DNA of 64,000 bases from positions 7,091-71,090 of the forward strand of contig CAMVOK010000010.1 in the NCBI GenBank assembly GCA_947169115.1, in the 5' to 3' direction. The position numbers and the translations under genes were made by a program. Of the stretch, positions 35,888-46,203 are shown in pieces. How positions within the stretch are numbered: the first letter of the stretch is position 1; each line of letters opens with the position of its first letter. The notes under the pieces were generated by a model. That model had not been told where the DNA came from and did no database searches. It worked only from the letters and a program-made list of their open reading frames with translations. The stretch comes from an uncultured Prevotellaceae bacterium (lineage in GTDB: Bacteria > Bacteroidota > Bacteroidia > Bacteroidales > Bacteroidaceae).

Positions 35888-38713
35888 ATGAAACTACGCA
35901 TTCTTTTCAGTACAGCGGCGTTGGCCTTGACTACGCTGCTTTGTGCGCAGGGCATGGAACAGGCGATGCAGCCCCTGCCCCTCGAACCCAACACCCGTTA
36001 TGGAAAACTCGACAACGGGTTGACGTATTACATTCGTCATAATGAATACCCCAAAGGACAGGCCAACTTCTATATTGCTCAGAAGGTAGGGTCGGTCCAG
36101 GAAGAGGATGACCAACGTGGTCTGGCTCACTTCTTGGAGCACATGTGTTTCAACGGAACAGAGAACTTCCCCGAGAACGGAGTTATCCGCTATTTGGAAA
36201 CCCTTGGCGTGAAATTCGGTGAGCAACTTAATGCCTACACCAGCATTGAGGAGACGGTGTACAATATTAATAATGTACCTACTCAGCGAGAGGCTACCAT
36301 CGACTCTGTTCTGCTCATTTTGCACGACTGGAGCCACAACCTGACTCTCGATTCCAAAGAAATAGATAAGGAACGTGGGGTAATTCATGAAGAGTGGCGA
36401 CTTCGTACCAGTGCCATGCAGCGCATCCTCACGCGTCAGGCTCCCCGACTGATGTCAGACAGCCGTCCAGGAAATCGTATGCCTATCGGTTTGATGGAGA
36501 TTATCGACAACTTCCCTCCCGAAGTGCTGCGTGCCTATTACGAGAAATGGTATCGTCCCGACTTACAGGCCATCATTGTCGTGGGCGACCTCGATGTGGA
36601 ACGTACTGAGGAGAGCATTAAGCGTATGTTCTCACCCATCCCCATGCCCGAAAATGCTGCTGTGCGTGAGTACTATACCGTACCCAAGAACGATGAACCC
36701 ATTGTGGTGAGCGACCATGATAAGGAGCAAACCATACCTATTGTACTCATTTGCAACAAGCACGACGAACTGATGCCGCGCGAATATCGCAATACGGCTC
36801 CTTATATGTCTGTCAACTACGTCAAGGAAATGGCGATGGACATGCTCAACCAACGTCTCGAAGAGAAGTCTCTTGACCCAGAGTGCCCTTACGTGCAGGC
36901 TTTTGTAGAAGACGGTGACTTCCTGCTATCGAAAAGTCCGGCTTTCCAATCAACGATAATTCCCAAGGAGGGTATGATAGAGCAAGCCATACAGGCAGTG
37001 ATGGCAGAGGTCTATCGTGCAGCAGAGCATGGTTTCACGGCTTCGGAATACGGTCGAGTGCGCAGCGAGTGGTTGAGTCAGGTGGCTAAAGCCTACGACA
37101 ATCGGGAGAAGACGGAGACCGGGCACTATATCCATCAGTGTGTACGTAACTTCCTCGACAACGAGCCTATGCCCGGCATCGAATTTGAGAACATGCTTTA
37201 TAATGCCATCGCTCCACAGTTGCCTGTTGATATGGTGAACGAACTGTTCAGAGGACTGGTAAGTGTCAGCGATACGAATCTGGTGGTTCTGAGTATAAAC
37301 CCCGAGAAAGAGGGTTATGTACAGCCTACTGAGACTGCTCTGTTGCAGGCCATTCATTCGGCTCAGCAGATGAAACTGGAGGCATACGTCGATAACGTGA
37401 AGAACGAGCCATTGATTGCCAAAATGCCCAAGATGGGTAGGATAAAGAAGGAAGAAGACGGTAAGTTTGGAACAAAGGTTCTTACTCTTTCTAATGACGT
37501 ACGTGTCATTCTGAAACAGACTGATTATCAGGACAACGAGGTGCTGATGAAGGCATACAGCGATGGCGGTACCGCACGCTATGGCGTGGAAGATAAATAT
37601 AATCTGCGTATGGCAGGTGCTCTCATAGCCTCTTCGGGCTTGGGCAATTTCACCGACACTGAACTTGATAAGGCATTGGCTGGCATACAGGCCAGTGTTA
37701 GCCCCTCGTTAAGTGGGCGTAGTGAATATCTTAGTGGAAGTGCTGTCCCCAAAGACTTGCGTACACTTTTTGAACTCGTTTATCTCCATTTTGGTGAGCT
37801 CAAGCGTGACGACAAGGCCGTGGCTTCGGCTCTGGCTCAAACCAAGGAGATGTTGCGGAACCAGGCAGCCAACCCCATGAAGGCATTTAGCGACTCGCTA
37901 CAAACCACCTTCTACGGTGCTGACAATCCACGTCTGGTAATTCTGAACGAGGAGGATGTAGATAAGGTCAGCTACGACCGCGTGCTGGAAATATATAAAG
38001 AACGTTATGCCGATGCCAGTGACTTTACGTTCGTATTTGTGGGCAATTTCGACAACGACAGCATCCGTCAATACGTTCGCCAGTATATTGCCACTCTGCC
38101 TACGCTGAAACGCAATGATACACCTGTAGATAACGGATTCAACGTGCGTCTGGGCGAGTACACAACCCGTTTCCAACGCAAGATGGAAGAGCCTAAGAGC
38201 CAGATGATACAATACCTTCAGGCTCCTATTGAGAATACTCTGGAGAATCAGGTTGTTGCCGATGTGCTGGGCCAGGTACTTACCATGCGCTTGCTGGAGG
38301 TGGTGCGTGAAGACATGGGTGCAGCCTATAGCCTGGGTGCAGATTGTGGAGTATCGAAGATTAGCGACGGCACATGCCGAGTGAGTCTTCAGATTTATGC
38401 TCCCGTAAAGCCTGAGATGTGCGACACGTCCATTCTGGTTATCAGCCAAGAACTGGAAAAGATGGCCAGGGAGGGCGCTGAAGAGAAGTATCTGGCTAAA
38501 GTGAAAGAGTATTTGTTGAAAAACTATAAGGAAAACGAGCGGAAAAACTGGACTTGGATAGGCTATATTGAGGACTATTTCCGCGATGGAATCGATGATT
38601 TTAGTGAATATGAGACTTTGGTGAAGAATCTTTCGGGTGAAGATGTCGCTCGTATGGCACAACATATCTTGAACGCCAAGAACCACATTACGATAGTGAT
38701 GTTGCCCGAGTAA
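35888..38713 (+). CDS. M16-family (pitrilysin/insulinase-like) zinc peptidase, secreted
   Basis: Signal peptide. HxxEH zinc motif GLAHFLEHMCFNGTENF. The length (941 aa) fits a two-half M16 protein. Confidence 0.88.
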   Translation: MKLRILFSTAALALTTLLCAQGMEQAMQPLPLEPNTRYGKLDNGLTYYIRHNEYPKGQANFYIAQKVGSVQEEDDQRGLAHFLEHMCFNGTENFPENGVIRYLETLGVKFGEQLNAYTSIEETVYNINNVPTQREATIDSVLLILHDWSHNLTLDSKEIDKERGVIHEEWRLRTSAMQRILTRQAPRLMSDSRPGNRMPIGLMEIIDNFPPEVLRAYYEKWYRPDLQAIIVVGDLDVERTEESIKRMFSPIPMPENAAVREYYTVPKNDEPIVVSDHDKEQTIPIVLICNKHDELMPREYRNTAPYMSVNYVKEMAMDMLNQRLEEKSLDPECPYVQAFVEDGDFLLSKSPAFQSTIIPKEGMIEQAIQAVMAEVYRAAEHGFTASEYGRVRSEWLSQVAKAYDNREKTETGHYIHQCVRNFLDNEPMPGIEFENMLYNAIAPQLPVDMVNELFRGLVSVSDTNLVVLSINPEKEGYVQPTETALLQAIHSAQQMKLEAYVDNVKNEPLIAKMPKMGRIKKEEDGKFGTKVLTLSNDVRVILKQTDYQDNEVLMKAYSDGGTARYGVEDKYNLRMAGALIASSGLGNFTDTELDKALAGIQASVSPSLSGRSEYLSGSAVPKDLRTLFELVYLHFGELKRDDKAVASALAQTKEMLRNQAANPMKAFSDSLQTTFYGADNPRLVILNEEDVDKVSYDRVLEIYKERYADASDFTFVFVGNFDNDSIRQYVRQYIATLPTLKRNDTPVDNGFNVRLGEYTTRFQRKMEEPKSQMIQYLQAPIENTLENQVVADVLGQVLTMRLLEVVREDMGAAYSLGADCGVSKISDGTCRVSLQIYAPVKPEMCDTSILVISQELEKMAREGAEEKYLAKVKEYLLKNYKENERKNWTWIGYIEDYFRDGIDDFSEYETLVKNLSGEDVARMAQHILNAKNHITIVMLPE

Positions 38714-38745
38714 ATCCACATTGTTTCTTTCGAACTTATTTATGA

Positions 38746-38782
38746 CGAGCCCTGGGCAACAGCCTGGGGCTCGCCTGTTTTT
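38746..38782 (+). terminator. Putative terminator after the M16 peptidase gene
   Basis: cgagccc...gggctcg stem followed by cctgttttt. Confidence 0.45.
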
Positions 38783-38961
38783 GCGACATTAAAGTGTAGT
38801 TTGTTGGAGTAACTATCTTGTGGCTATATGGGGGGCTTTGGAAAGTTTCGTTCTGCCATATTTTACCCCCATAATATGCCAATCGTTTAAAGAATAAATT
38901 GTAATTTATTAAATTGGAAAAATTTGAATGGAAAAGATTTGTCCGATTGTCATTTTTTTTG

Positions 38962-38969
38962 TACCTTTG
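38962..38969 (+). promoter_or_regulatory. Bacteroidota -7 promoter box for the six-gene envelope operon
   Basis: tacctttg preceded by a T run, 43 nt upstream of the ATG at 39012. Confidence 0.5.
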
Positions 38970-39011
38970 CGCCCGAATTTAACTTATTAAAGGTCAAAAG
39001 TTTTAAAGGTA

Positions 39012-41675
39012 ATGAAGCAAATAAATTCAGGATATACGATGAAAAGCCGCATGATGGCCCTCTTGGCCATGGTTGTTGTCTGCTCAACTGTACAGGCACA
39101 GATGATTAACTTCAAGTTCAAAATCAAGGAAGTGAAGGAGGAGGTTCAGTCTAATGGTAAATCCGTTAAGATGGAAAACGACGTGAACTCGGGACTCGAA
39201 GTCTTCACTTTTGGTGTTGAAGCCAGAGCTCGTGCCGCAGCTAAGCGTTTCATTGAAGGCTACGAAATCAAAAAGGGTGAAGGCGACTGCTATGACCAGA
39301 AGAAAGCTAAAGGTGGTGTTGCCAATAACGTAAAGGGTGATACACGTGGCTATGCTGTACTTACTGTGGCAGGTTCAAAGAGTGATACGGCCATAGTTAT
39401 CCCCATTGCAAAATATTACGAAGAGAGCACCAATACCGTTACCTATTCCGATGTGATTGATGGTGGTAAGGTGTTGAAGACGGTGCAGAAGAGTGGAAAG
39501 CAGAAGGCCCGTGGCGATAAGCAGGGTTCGGCTCGCATCTATGGCAACAAGGTGGTTGTAAAGGGTCAGATTCGTTTGGATTCGGCTTATACCCGTGACG
39601 ATGCCCGTTTCGTAGGTGCTCCCCGCTTGATGATGGTAGATACTGATGGCAAGGGAAAGGATAAGGTGGTTCACTATTTTGACCCTGTTGTGCTTGATGG
39701 GCAACCTTACGAGGAAACGCAATATCGTCGTATGCAATTCAATCTTGCAAATGACAAACTAAACAAGAACAAAATCAATCGTGATCGTCAGGTTATCCGT
39801 AGTGAAGTCTATCATGATGGTTTCAGGGGGCAGGACTCTATCTTTATGGAAACGGGGGAACCTTACCTCTTCAACTTCCAGGAAGAATACAGTCCCATTG
39901 ACCGTAATAAAAAATACAATGCTCGTTTGCATCGTTGGTATGAGGATTATAACAAGGTTTATAAAGACGACCCTGATTACTTGTTCTGGGATGGAAACTT
40001 GCAAGACCCCATGCAGTTCCTTGACTGGAGTAGTGCTCGTTCCATGCTTGATATAGACCCCTTGGAATACAAAAAGGAGGAAAAGTCTGAGGTTTCCAAG
40101 GCCAATAGGTCGGTAAAGCTGGAGTTTGAAGTGGGTAAAACCAGTTTGAACCAAGAGGACTCGTTGACTATGGCTGAGTTGAGTGGATTGAAAGATATGC
40201 TACAGCGTTGGTATAACGATGAAAATGCTGAGGTGCGTGATGTATATGTGAAGGGTTATGCTTCTCCCGAGGGTGGGTATGCTACCAATAAGACCTTAGC
40301 TGCTGGCCGTTCGCAAACGTTGATGGGAATTCTGCGTGGCCAAGCTGGTGCCAGCAAGGTAAAGGGTTGGCATCACGATTCGGATGTGGTAAGCTGGGAC
40401 GAGGTGGCAGACAGTCTGGAACAGAAGATAGCCACGCCAGAAGCTATTGAAGCTGCACAGGCGATCCGCTTGGTGACTTCGGCTACCAAAGATCGTGATG
40501 CTCAGGCACGACAAATTCAGTCGGCTCCTTATTTTGGCTATGTCAAGGACAATGCCTTGAAGATGGTACGTCGTGTGAATATCACTATTGAGTATGTAGC
40601 AACGCGTATCCTTACCCCCGAGGAAATCTATGAGAAATACGTGAAGGATGATCCCAAGGGCTATCGTGAGGGTATTGGTGAAAAAGACTACGAATATTAC
40701 CATCTGATGAATCGACTTTATGCAGAAGAGCGTTGGGATGAACTCTATACCATCTCGAAGGCTGCCTATAAGAATGTGGAAATCACGGGCGAACAGGCCA
40801 CGAAGGCTCGCCGTAAGCTAAACCCAGATTGGGCTCCCGAAAAAACGGACTCTGTGGATAAGTACTACATCGAGGAAGATAGGCAAAGCCCCTACTTCCG
40901 TCCTTATTCGCTGGCAGCTTACTATCTCAGTATATGCAAGTTGCGTAAGGAGGAAGCTGATACCCTATTGCTGGCCGACTATCTGGACGACCACCGCAAA
41001 CGCATCAATAAGAATCCCGACCTTGGTCAGGGCTTTGGTATCTGGAACGACCCCGCTATTGTGGTTAATCACATTCTGATGTTCTGCTATGCCAAGAACT
41101 TTGACCGCGCTGAGTATTATGCCCTCAACTGGCTACCCGATGACCCCAATGACCCGAACTACCAGACATTCCATAATCTGAGTATGTTTGTGGGCTGTCT
41201 GAATGGACGTGAGAGCGATCCCGAGGTGCAGGATTACATTAAATCGACATCTCCTATGAACCATGCCGTCATAGCTGCCGCTCAGGATAGCGAGGCTGGT
41301 TATAAGGAGGCACTGGAGATACTGAACGACCCTGATAAAGTGGACAATGATGAACCCAAGGTGCATTACTTGAAAGCTATCTGTCGTTTCCGTTTGAATC
41401 CCTTCAAGGATTACGAGCATCCTGCTTATCCTTCCTATAATATTTATGATAAAGACGGTGATGAGGAGACTGGCAAACGTGATTTTGCTGCGCCCATGTT
41501 GGAAGCCTTGCGCTTGAATCCAGATTATCTGAAACAATTGGAAGTAGATGGTTACTTTAATGATGCCTATCGTCGTATGGTAAAATACTTCTGGTATCGT
41601 TTGCAGCAGGGTGCAGAAATGCCCGACATCTGTCGTGAGTATGATGAACTGCGTCAGAAGTACACCGTGAAATAA
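39012..41675 (+). CDS. Secreted 887-aa protein with a degenerate OmpA-like motif and a helical-repeat C-terminal half (envelope operon gene 1)
   Basis: Signal MKSRMMALLAMVVVCSTVQAQ (alternative ATG at 39039). VYVKGYASPEGGYATNKTLAAGRSQTLMGIL (nt ~40248-40322) resembles the OmpA_C G.TD..G....N..LS..RA core. The C-terminal half is TPR-like and helical. Confidence 0.55.
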   Translation: MKQINSGYTMKSRMMALLAMVVVCSTVQAQMINFKFKIKEVKEEVQSNGKSVKMENDVNSGLEVFTFGVEARARAAAKRFIEGYEIKKGEGDCYDQKKAKGGVANNVKGDTRGYAVLTVAGSKSDTAIVIPIAKYYEESTNTVTYSDVIDGGKVLKTVQKSGKQKARGDKQGSARIYGNKVVVKGQIRLDSAYTRDDARFVGAPRLMMVDTDGKGKDKVVHYFDPVVLDGQPYEETQYRRMQFNLANDKLNKNKINRDRQVIRSEVYHDGFRGQDSIFMETGEPYLFNFQEEYSPIDRNKKYNARLHRWYEDYNKVYKDDPDYLFWDGNLQDPMQFLDWSSARSMLDIDPLEYKKEEKSEVSKANRSVKLEFEVGKTSLNQEDSLTMAELSGLKDMLQRWYNDENAEVRDVYVKGYASPEGGYATNKTLAAGRSQTLMGILRGQAGASKVKGWHHDSDVVSWDEVADSLEQKIATPEAIEAAQAIRLVTSATKDRDAQARQIQSAPYFGYVKDNALKMVRRVNITIEYVATRILTPEEIYEKYVKDDPKGYREGIGEKDYEYYHLMNRLYAEERWDELYTISKAAYKNVEITGEQATKARRKLNPDWAPEKTDSVDKYYIEEDRQSPYFRPYSLAAYYLSICKLRKEEADTLLLADYLDDHRKRINKNPDLGQGFGIWNDPAIVVNHILMFCYAKNFDRAEYYALNWLPDDPNDPNYQTFHNLSMFVGCLNGRESDPEVQDYIKSTSPMNHAVIAAAQDSEAGYKEALEILNDPDKVDNDEPKVHYLKAICRFRLNPFKDYEHPAYPSYNIYDKDGDEETGKRDFAAPMLEALRLNPDYLKQLEVDGYFNDAYRRMVKYFWYRLQQGAEMPDICREYDELRQKYTVK

Positions 41676-41729
41676 TATTATATATAATAAGGAAAAAAAT
41701 AAGGTATAAAAGATATACGGCATACAAAT

Positions 41730-43385
41730 ATGGGACTAAAAAAGGTATTAGCAATTTCACTTTTTGCCGTTAGCGGTAACGTAGTGCTTGCACAGACAGA
41801 GTACACCCCTGAGTATTTGGCGAAAACAGAAAACTACCTCGGTCGTCTTGGCCATGGGCGTGACAGCATAGAGGCACGTAAGTTCTTCGAAATGTATGTG
41901 AAGAACTTTAACACTGCTTGGAGTAGCGATAAAATAGAAGACTGGCGTGAGTGTTATCGTCCGTGGAAAGAGAGCATGGTCTTGGCACCCTACGCTTCGT
42001 ATAACCTGACCAATACGGGTGGTGGTATGCGTATGCTTACCAAGTTAATGGAAAATGAAACAGATACCGTGCTGCGTTACGTCTATTTCAAGGATTTGAT
42101 GAAGACTGACCAGTTCCGTATCCGCAATTTGGAGAAGTTGAATGCTGTCCCTAAAGATGGTGGAGAGGCGCGTATTCCTCTTTCGAAGGGTAGCGCCCTG
42201 ATGTGGAAGGCCCATCATTACCACACATTGGGAGGTGATTCGGCCTATGTTCCTGACCGTGTTTATCGCAAGGATTCTGCTTACCAGTATTTTGTAGATG
42301 CCTTTGCCCAGATTCGTAACGAAAACGTGGGTACAGACAATGAAATCAATCCTGGATACCTTGGAGAGTATTTCCGTGTATGTCGTGACTTATATATGTC
42401 AGACAAGGAAAAATACACGGAGCAGTTCTTGACGGACTATACCACCTGTTTGGAGACCTGTGACAAGATGATGGCTGTGTATAAAGATAAGGATACGCTA
42501 AACTGGAGTTATTATGCAGGTGTGCGTAACAATACGCAGATTTGGTTCAATGAAACTGGTGCTGGCAGTGCGGGTAATATAGCTGATTTCTACGGCTCGC
42601 GTATCGATTCACTGAAAGATAATCCTACGGCATTGAAGAATGCCATACATCTGATGATGACCAACGATTCGTTGTTGAACATGCCCATTCTGTATAAGGC
42701 ATGTCGCTATGCGTATGAACAAAATCCAGACTTCGAGAATAGTATTGGTATGGCCATGGAGGCAAAGATGAAACATAAGAGAGACTCTGCCATCTACTAT
42801 TTCGGACGTGCTTTTGATTTGGCTAAAAACGATAAGGAACGTTATGTGGCTACCTATCAGATGGGAATGGGCTTGTTTGTGGAAGCTATGCCAGAAGCCC
42901 CGACCAAGGAAGAACTGGATGCTTTGAGAGCTGTTTCAAGGTCGGAGTATGATGCAGTTGTTCAAGAGTATAACGAGGCGTTGGATGCTTGGCGTTCCCG
43001 TCAGAACGTGGCCGCTAACAAAATGGGTGAAGCTTTGACTTATGCCAATCGTGCTGGTATGGAAGGTCAGTATCTGGCACCCGTCTATTATAGTATGGCT
43101 CAGGCTTATCGTAGGGCACGTACATCAGAATCGCTAAGTAACGCCGAAACTTGTCTGCACAATGCAGTGGCAGTATATCCAGCCTTTACGCAAGGAAACA
43201 ACCTCATTGAGACGGAGCAGGCTAACATTTTAGCAGCCAAGGAAGGTATTGCTCGTGACGAGGAAAAAAGACAAGCCCGTCTGGCACTTATAAAATCGGC
43301 TGAGGCTAAGAGTGCCGAACAGAGGAAATACGAGGAATACCTGCGTAAGAAGAAGGAAGAGGAAGCCTTCTGGGGTAAGAAATAA
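41730..43385 (+). CDS. Secreted helical (TPR-like) protein with a K/E-rich tail (envelope operon gene 2)
   Basis: Signal MGLKKVLAISLFAVSGNVVLAQ. No catalytic motif. Tail EEKRQARLALIKSAEAKSAEQRKYEEYLRKKKEEEAFWGKK. Confidence 0.5.
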   Translation: MGLKKVLAISLFAVSGNVVLAQTEYTPEYLAKTENYLGRLGHGRDSIEARKFFEMYVKNFNTAWSSDKIEDWRECYRPWKESMVLAPYASYNLTNTGGGMRMLTKLMENETDTVLRYVYFKDLMKTDQFRIRNLEKLNAVPKDGGEARIPLSKGSALMWKAHHYHTLGGDSAYVPDRVYRKDSAYQYFVDAFAQIRNENVGTDNEINPGYLGEYFRVCRDLYMSDKEKYTEQFLTDYTTCLETCDKMMAVYKDKDTLNWSYYAGVRNNTQIWFNETGAGSAGNIADFYGSRIDSLKDNPTALKNAIHLMMTNDSLLNMPILYKACRYAYEQNPDFENSIGMAMEAKMKHKRDSAIYYFGRAFDLAKNDKERYVATYQMGMGLFVEAMPEAPTKEELDALRAVSRSEYDAVVQEYNEALDAWRSRQNVAANKMGEALTYANRAGMEGQYLAPVYYSMAQAYRRARTSESLSNAETCLHNAVAVYPAFTQGNNLIETEQANILAAKEGIARDEEKRQARLALIKSAEAKSAEQRKYEEYLRKKKEEEAFWGKK

Positions 43386-43432
43386 AGGAAAAGGAAACAA
43401 AGTACATACTTATATAGTTTATACATAAAGTA

Positions 43433-45805
43433 ATGAGATACAGATTCATCATTTTGGTGGCTGCCGTGTGTGGCCTCATGTCTGTGACGGACATAAAGGC
43501 CCAGGTGACGATAAGCCCGGAGGACGAAGCCTTCTTTAAATCACTCTTCCCTCAAAAGGAAGGAGATAATTGGGCCGACACGTACTATCAGGACAAATTC
43601 AAAAACCGACTTTCGTTCCATGCGAACGTAGTGGACTGGGTGCTTACCATGCCCAGTGCGGGTATTGAGTTCGACCTGAATAACAAGTTTGTCTTCGACG
43701 AGCACAAGAAGCGTACATGGAAGACCAATCGTACATTGTTGCTCTTTGGTAAGTACAATGGTCACACCAAGCATACAGTGGCTCCGAAGTTTGTCTTCGA
43801 CGTGGCTGCTGTTCGTTTGGAGTTTCGCAAGTATTGGCGTACGGGTAAAGTGGGATTGAATAATAACTACCATGAGGACTATCGTACGATGGACCTGTAC
43901 AAGCCCGATACGTTGTGGCGCAAGGTGAAGACGACCGATGAGTTTGGTGATACAATAATCAAGAGGGAGGCTTACTATAGCAGTAAAGACTCGGCAAGAA
44001 TAAACGAGGGCAAGGAGTTTGAGGGCGATCCAAATCGTGGACGTTTCTCAAATATGTATGAGAATGCCCGTCGTTTGGCCAGTACCCGCACGATAGAGAA
44101 TGCCCGCAACTGGCGTGCTTACTATCTGGGTGCATTTGCCGGTTGGGACAAGTATTCGTGGTGCCTGAGTAAGAAAGGTGAACAGGGAACTTTACTCTCC
44201 GTGGGTGCAACCTTCGGTTGGAGTGTACCCCTGTTGGCTACACACGACAAGGATTATGGTCTTGACCTTGATTTAGGTCTGAATGTCGGTGTTCCTGCTG
44301 CCAAGTATGAGGGATATAAGTATGTAGATGTGGACAACAATGCATACTATGTACATGACGGTCGCTCGAAGAACGATGGCTGGACCATCAATCCCAAGTA
44401 CATCCTGCGCGACATACACGTGGCACTCGTTTATCGTTTCCGTTCCATCAGCCGTAAGGTCAGCTTGGCTATTGTTGACGATTACCAGAAGCGCATCGAT
44501 GCCTGGAATGAGCGTCAGCGTAAGATGTCGGAAGAGAAACGTCTGATAGAAGAGGAGTGGCAGCGTAGGTTGGAAGAGCAGAAACGTACTGACAAGCACA
44601 ATACCGACTCTCTGTCATGGTACAACTGGCAGCGTAAGGAATATCTGGTGGCCATGAAGGAACTCTATCCCGATCGTCCATGGCAGACTCGCCAAGACAG
44701 TATCGACTATATCCGACTTGTGCTGGGTATCGACACGGTTGACTATGTACGTGTGAAGGCTCGTGAGGATCGTCTGAAGAAGATGCAGGAAGATATGTTG
44801 CGTGACTCACTGGATTGGATTAAGCGTGTGGCCGAACGTGACAGTCTGGGCAAGGCTAAGATTGAACAACGCAAGCAGAAGCGTGCTGAGCGTGATAGTT
44901 TGGACAAGCGCAATGCCTTCATGAAGGATAGTATTGCACACGTAAAGGATAGTCTCGATCAGATTCGCAGGGATAGCATCGGTGCTGTACGCGATAGTGC
45001 TCAGAAGGTCAAGGATGCCGCACGTGATAGCATCCAGGCCATTAAGAATGCTCAACGCGATAGTTTGCAGAAGATTCGTGATGATGAGCGTCGGGCACGC
45101 TTGGCAGAAAAGAAGGCTTTGCAGGACGAACGTGATGCCGAAGAGGCTAAGCGCAAGGCCGAGCAGAAGTTGCGTCAGGATTCTATTGATGCTGAACGTC
45201 GCAAACAGCGTATCGAACAGGAAATGGAACGTAAACAACGTGAGTTTGACGCTGGCGTGAACAAGGATAAGCGCAAGGAAGAGGCTGAGGCTCGGAAGCA
45301 AGCTCGTGAGCGGGATAAGGAAGAAGAGGCTGAGGCTCGTCGCATTGAACAGGAAGCTCAGAAGCGTGCTCGTGAGAACGAGAAACGTATGAGGGCTCAG
45401 GAGGCAGAGAACCGCAAGCAGCGTGAGGCTGAGGAGCAGGAGGAACTGAAAGCAGAGGCTGAAAAGAAGAAAGCCGAAGCTGATGCCATGAAGGAAAAGA
45501 AAGCTCAGGAAGCAGAGGCAAAGAAGGCTGAGGCTGATGCCAAAAAGCAGGCTGACAAGGAAGCCAAGGATGCTGAGCGAGCTAAGAAGGAAGCTGAGAA
45601 GGCCGAGGCTGATGCCAAGAAGCAGGCTGACAAGGAAGCCAAGGATGCTGAACGGGCTAAGAGGGAAGCTGAGAAGGCCGAGGCTGATGCCAAGAAGCAA
45701 GCTGAACGTGAGGCCAAAGAGGCAGCAAAACGTGCAGAGCAAGAGCGAAAGGCTGCTGAGAAAGAGGCTGCTAAAGCTGCCAAAGAGGCCAAAACCGAAG
45801 AATAA
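43433..45805 (+). CDS. DUF3575-like outer-membrane beta-barrel fused to a ~450-aa highly charged E/K/R/A helical domain (envelope operon gene 3)
   Basis: Signal MRYRFIILVAAVCGLMSVTDIKAQ. Barrel cues LSFHANVVDWVLTMPSAGIEFDL and VRLEFRKYWR. From aa ~345 the sequence is a continuous charged helix with RDS[LI] repeats and 25-aa EADAKKQADKEAKDAERAKKEAEKA repeats. Confidence 0.6.
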   Translation: MRYRFIILVAAVCGLMSVTDIKAQVTISPEDEAFFKSLFPQKEGDNWADTYYQDKFKNRLSFHANVVDWVLTMPSAGIEFDLNNKFVFDEHKKRTWKTNRTLLLFGKYNGHTKHTVAPKFVFDVAAVRLEFRKYWRTGKVGLNNNYHEDYRTMDLYKPDTLWRKVKTTDEFGDTIIKREAYYSSKDSARINEGKEFEGDPNRGRFSNMYENARRLASTRTIENARNWRAYYLGAFAGWDKYSWCLSKKGEQGTLLSVGATFGWSVPLLATHDKDYGLDLDLGLNVGVPAAKYEGYKYVDVDNNAYYVHDGRSKNDGWTINPKYILRDIHVALVYRFRSISRKVSLAIVDDYQKRIDAWNERQRKMSEEKRLIEEEWQRRLEEQKRTDKHNTDSLSWYNWQRKEYLVAMKELYPDRPWQTRQDSIDYIRLVLGIDTVDYVRVKAREDRLKKMQEDMLRDSLDWIKRVAERDSLGKAKIEQRKQKRAERDSLDKRNAFMKDSIAHVKDSLDQIRRDSIGAVRDSAQKVKDAARDSIQAIKNAQRDSLQKIRDDERRARLAEKKALQDERDAEEAKRKAEQKLRQDSIDAERRKQRIEQEMERKQREFDAGVNKDKRKEEAEARKQARERDKEEEAEARRIEQEAQKRARENEKRMRAQEAENRKQREAEEQEELKAEAEKKKAEADAMKEKKAQEAEAKKAEADAKKQADKEAKDAERAKKEAEKAEADAKKQADKEAKDAERAKREAEKAEADAKKQAEREAKEAAKRAEQERKAAEKEAAKAAKEAKTEE
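45530..45730 (+). repeat. 75-bp tandem repeat (about 2.7 copies) inside the charged-helix coding region
   Basis: gaggctgatgccaa starts at 45530, 45605 and 45680. Units are near-identical and encode 25 aa each. Confidence 0.9.
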
Positions 45806-45838
45806 CCCCAATAATGAACTAAAATAACGAAAGACGAT

Positions 45839-46195
45839 ATGCGTTTAAGATATTTCTTAGGATTGTGTGCCGCACTGTTGTTTACGGCTTGCAGTGTGGG
45901 GGTGGATGTCGAATACGACAACACGATGTCGCCCTGCGATATTCGGATAAAGTGGGATGTGGATCCTGCTGCCGTAGTCAAAGGCAAGGTGTTATATACC
46001 CGCGTTGGGGCTACAACTACGGAATCGGTGGATTTCAGTGCTCATTATCGCTATCGTGACAATGGCAGTTTTGAAACACGCATCTTGATGCCCAAGAAGG
46101 TGAAGAAAACAGTAACCGTACAGGTGGCTGATGGAACATACGCAGCTACAATAGAGAATGATGGCTCGGATCGTGTAATTAAGGTAACATTATAG
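45839..46195 (+). CDS. Small lipoprotein (118 aa, envelope operon gene 4)
   Basis: Lipobox MRLRYFLGLCAALLFTAC. Beta-rich, with no known motif. Confidence 0.55.
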   Translation: MRLRYFLGLCAALLFTACSVGVDVEYDNTMSPCDIRIKWDVDPAAVVKGKVLYTRVGATTTESVDFSAHYRYRDNGSFETRILMPKKVKKTVTVQVADGTYAATIENDGSDRVIKVTL

Positions 46196-46203
46196 GTATT
46201 GGT

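Noticed and set aside
37898-38719. 273-aa minus-strand ORF
   Set aside because: It is the antisense shadow of the M16 peptidase gene.
38924-39109. 61-aa ORF crossing the promoter of the envelope operon
   Set aside because: It contains the TAnnTTTG box. The peptide CTFAPEF is the usual translation artefact of that promoter motif, also seen at 61703.
44807-45811. 334-aa minus-strand ORF rich in L/F/S
   Set aside because: It is the antisense shadow of the E/K/A-rich repeat region of the plus-strand gene. GAA/AAG/GCT codons read backwards give TTC/CTT/AGC. It has no start context of its own.
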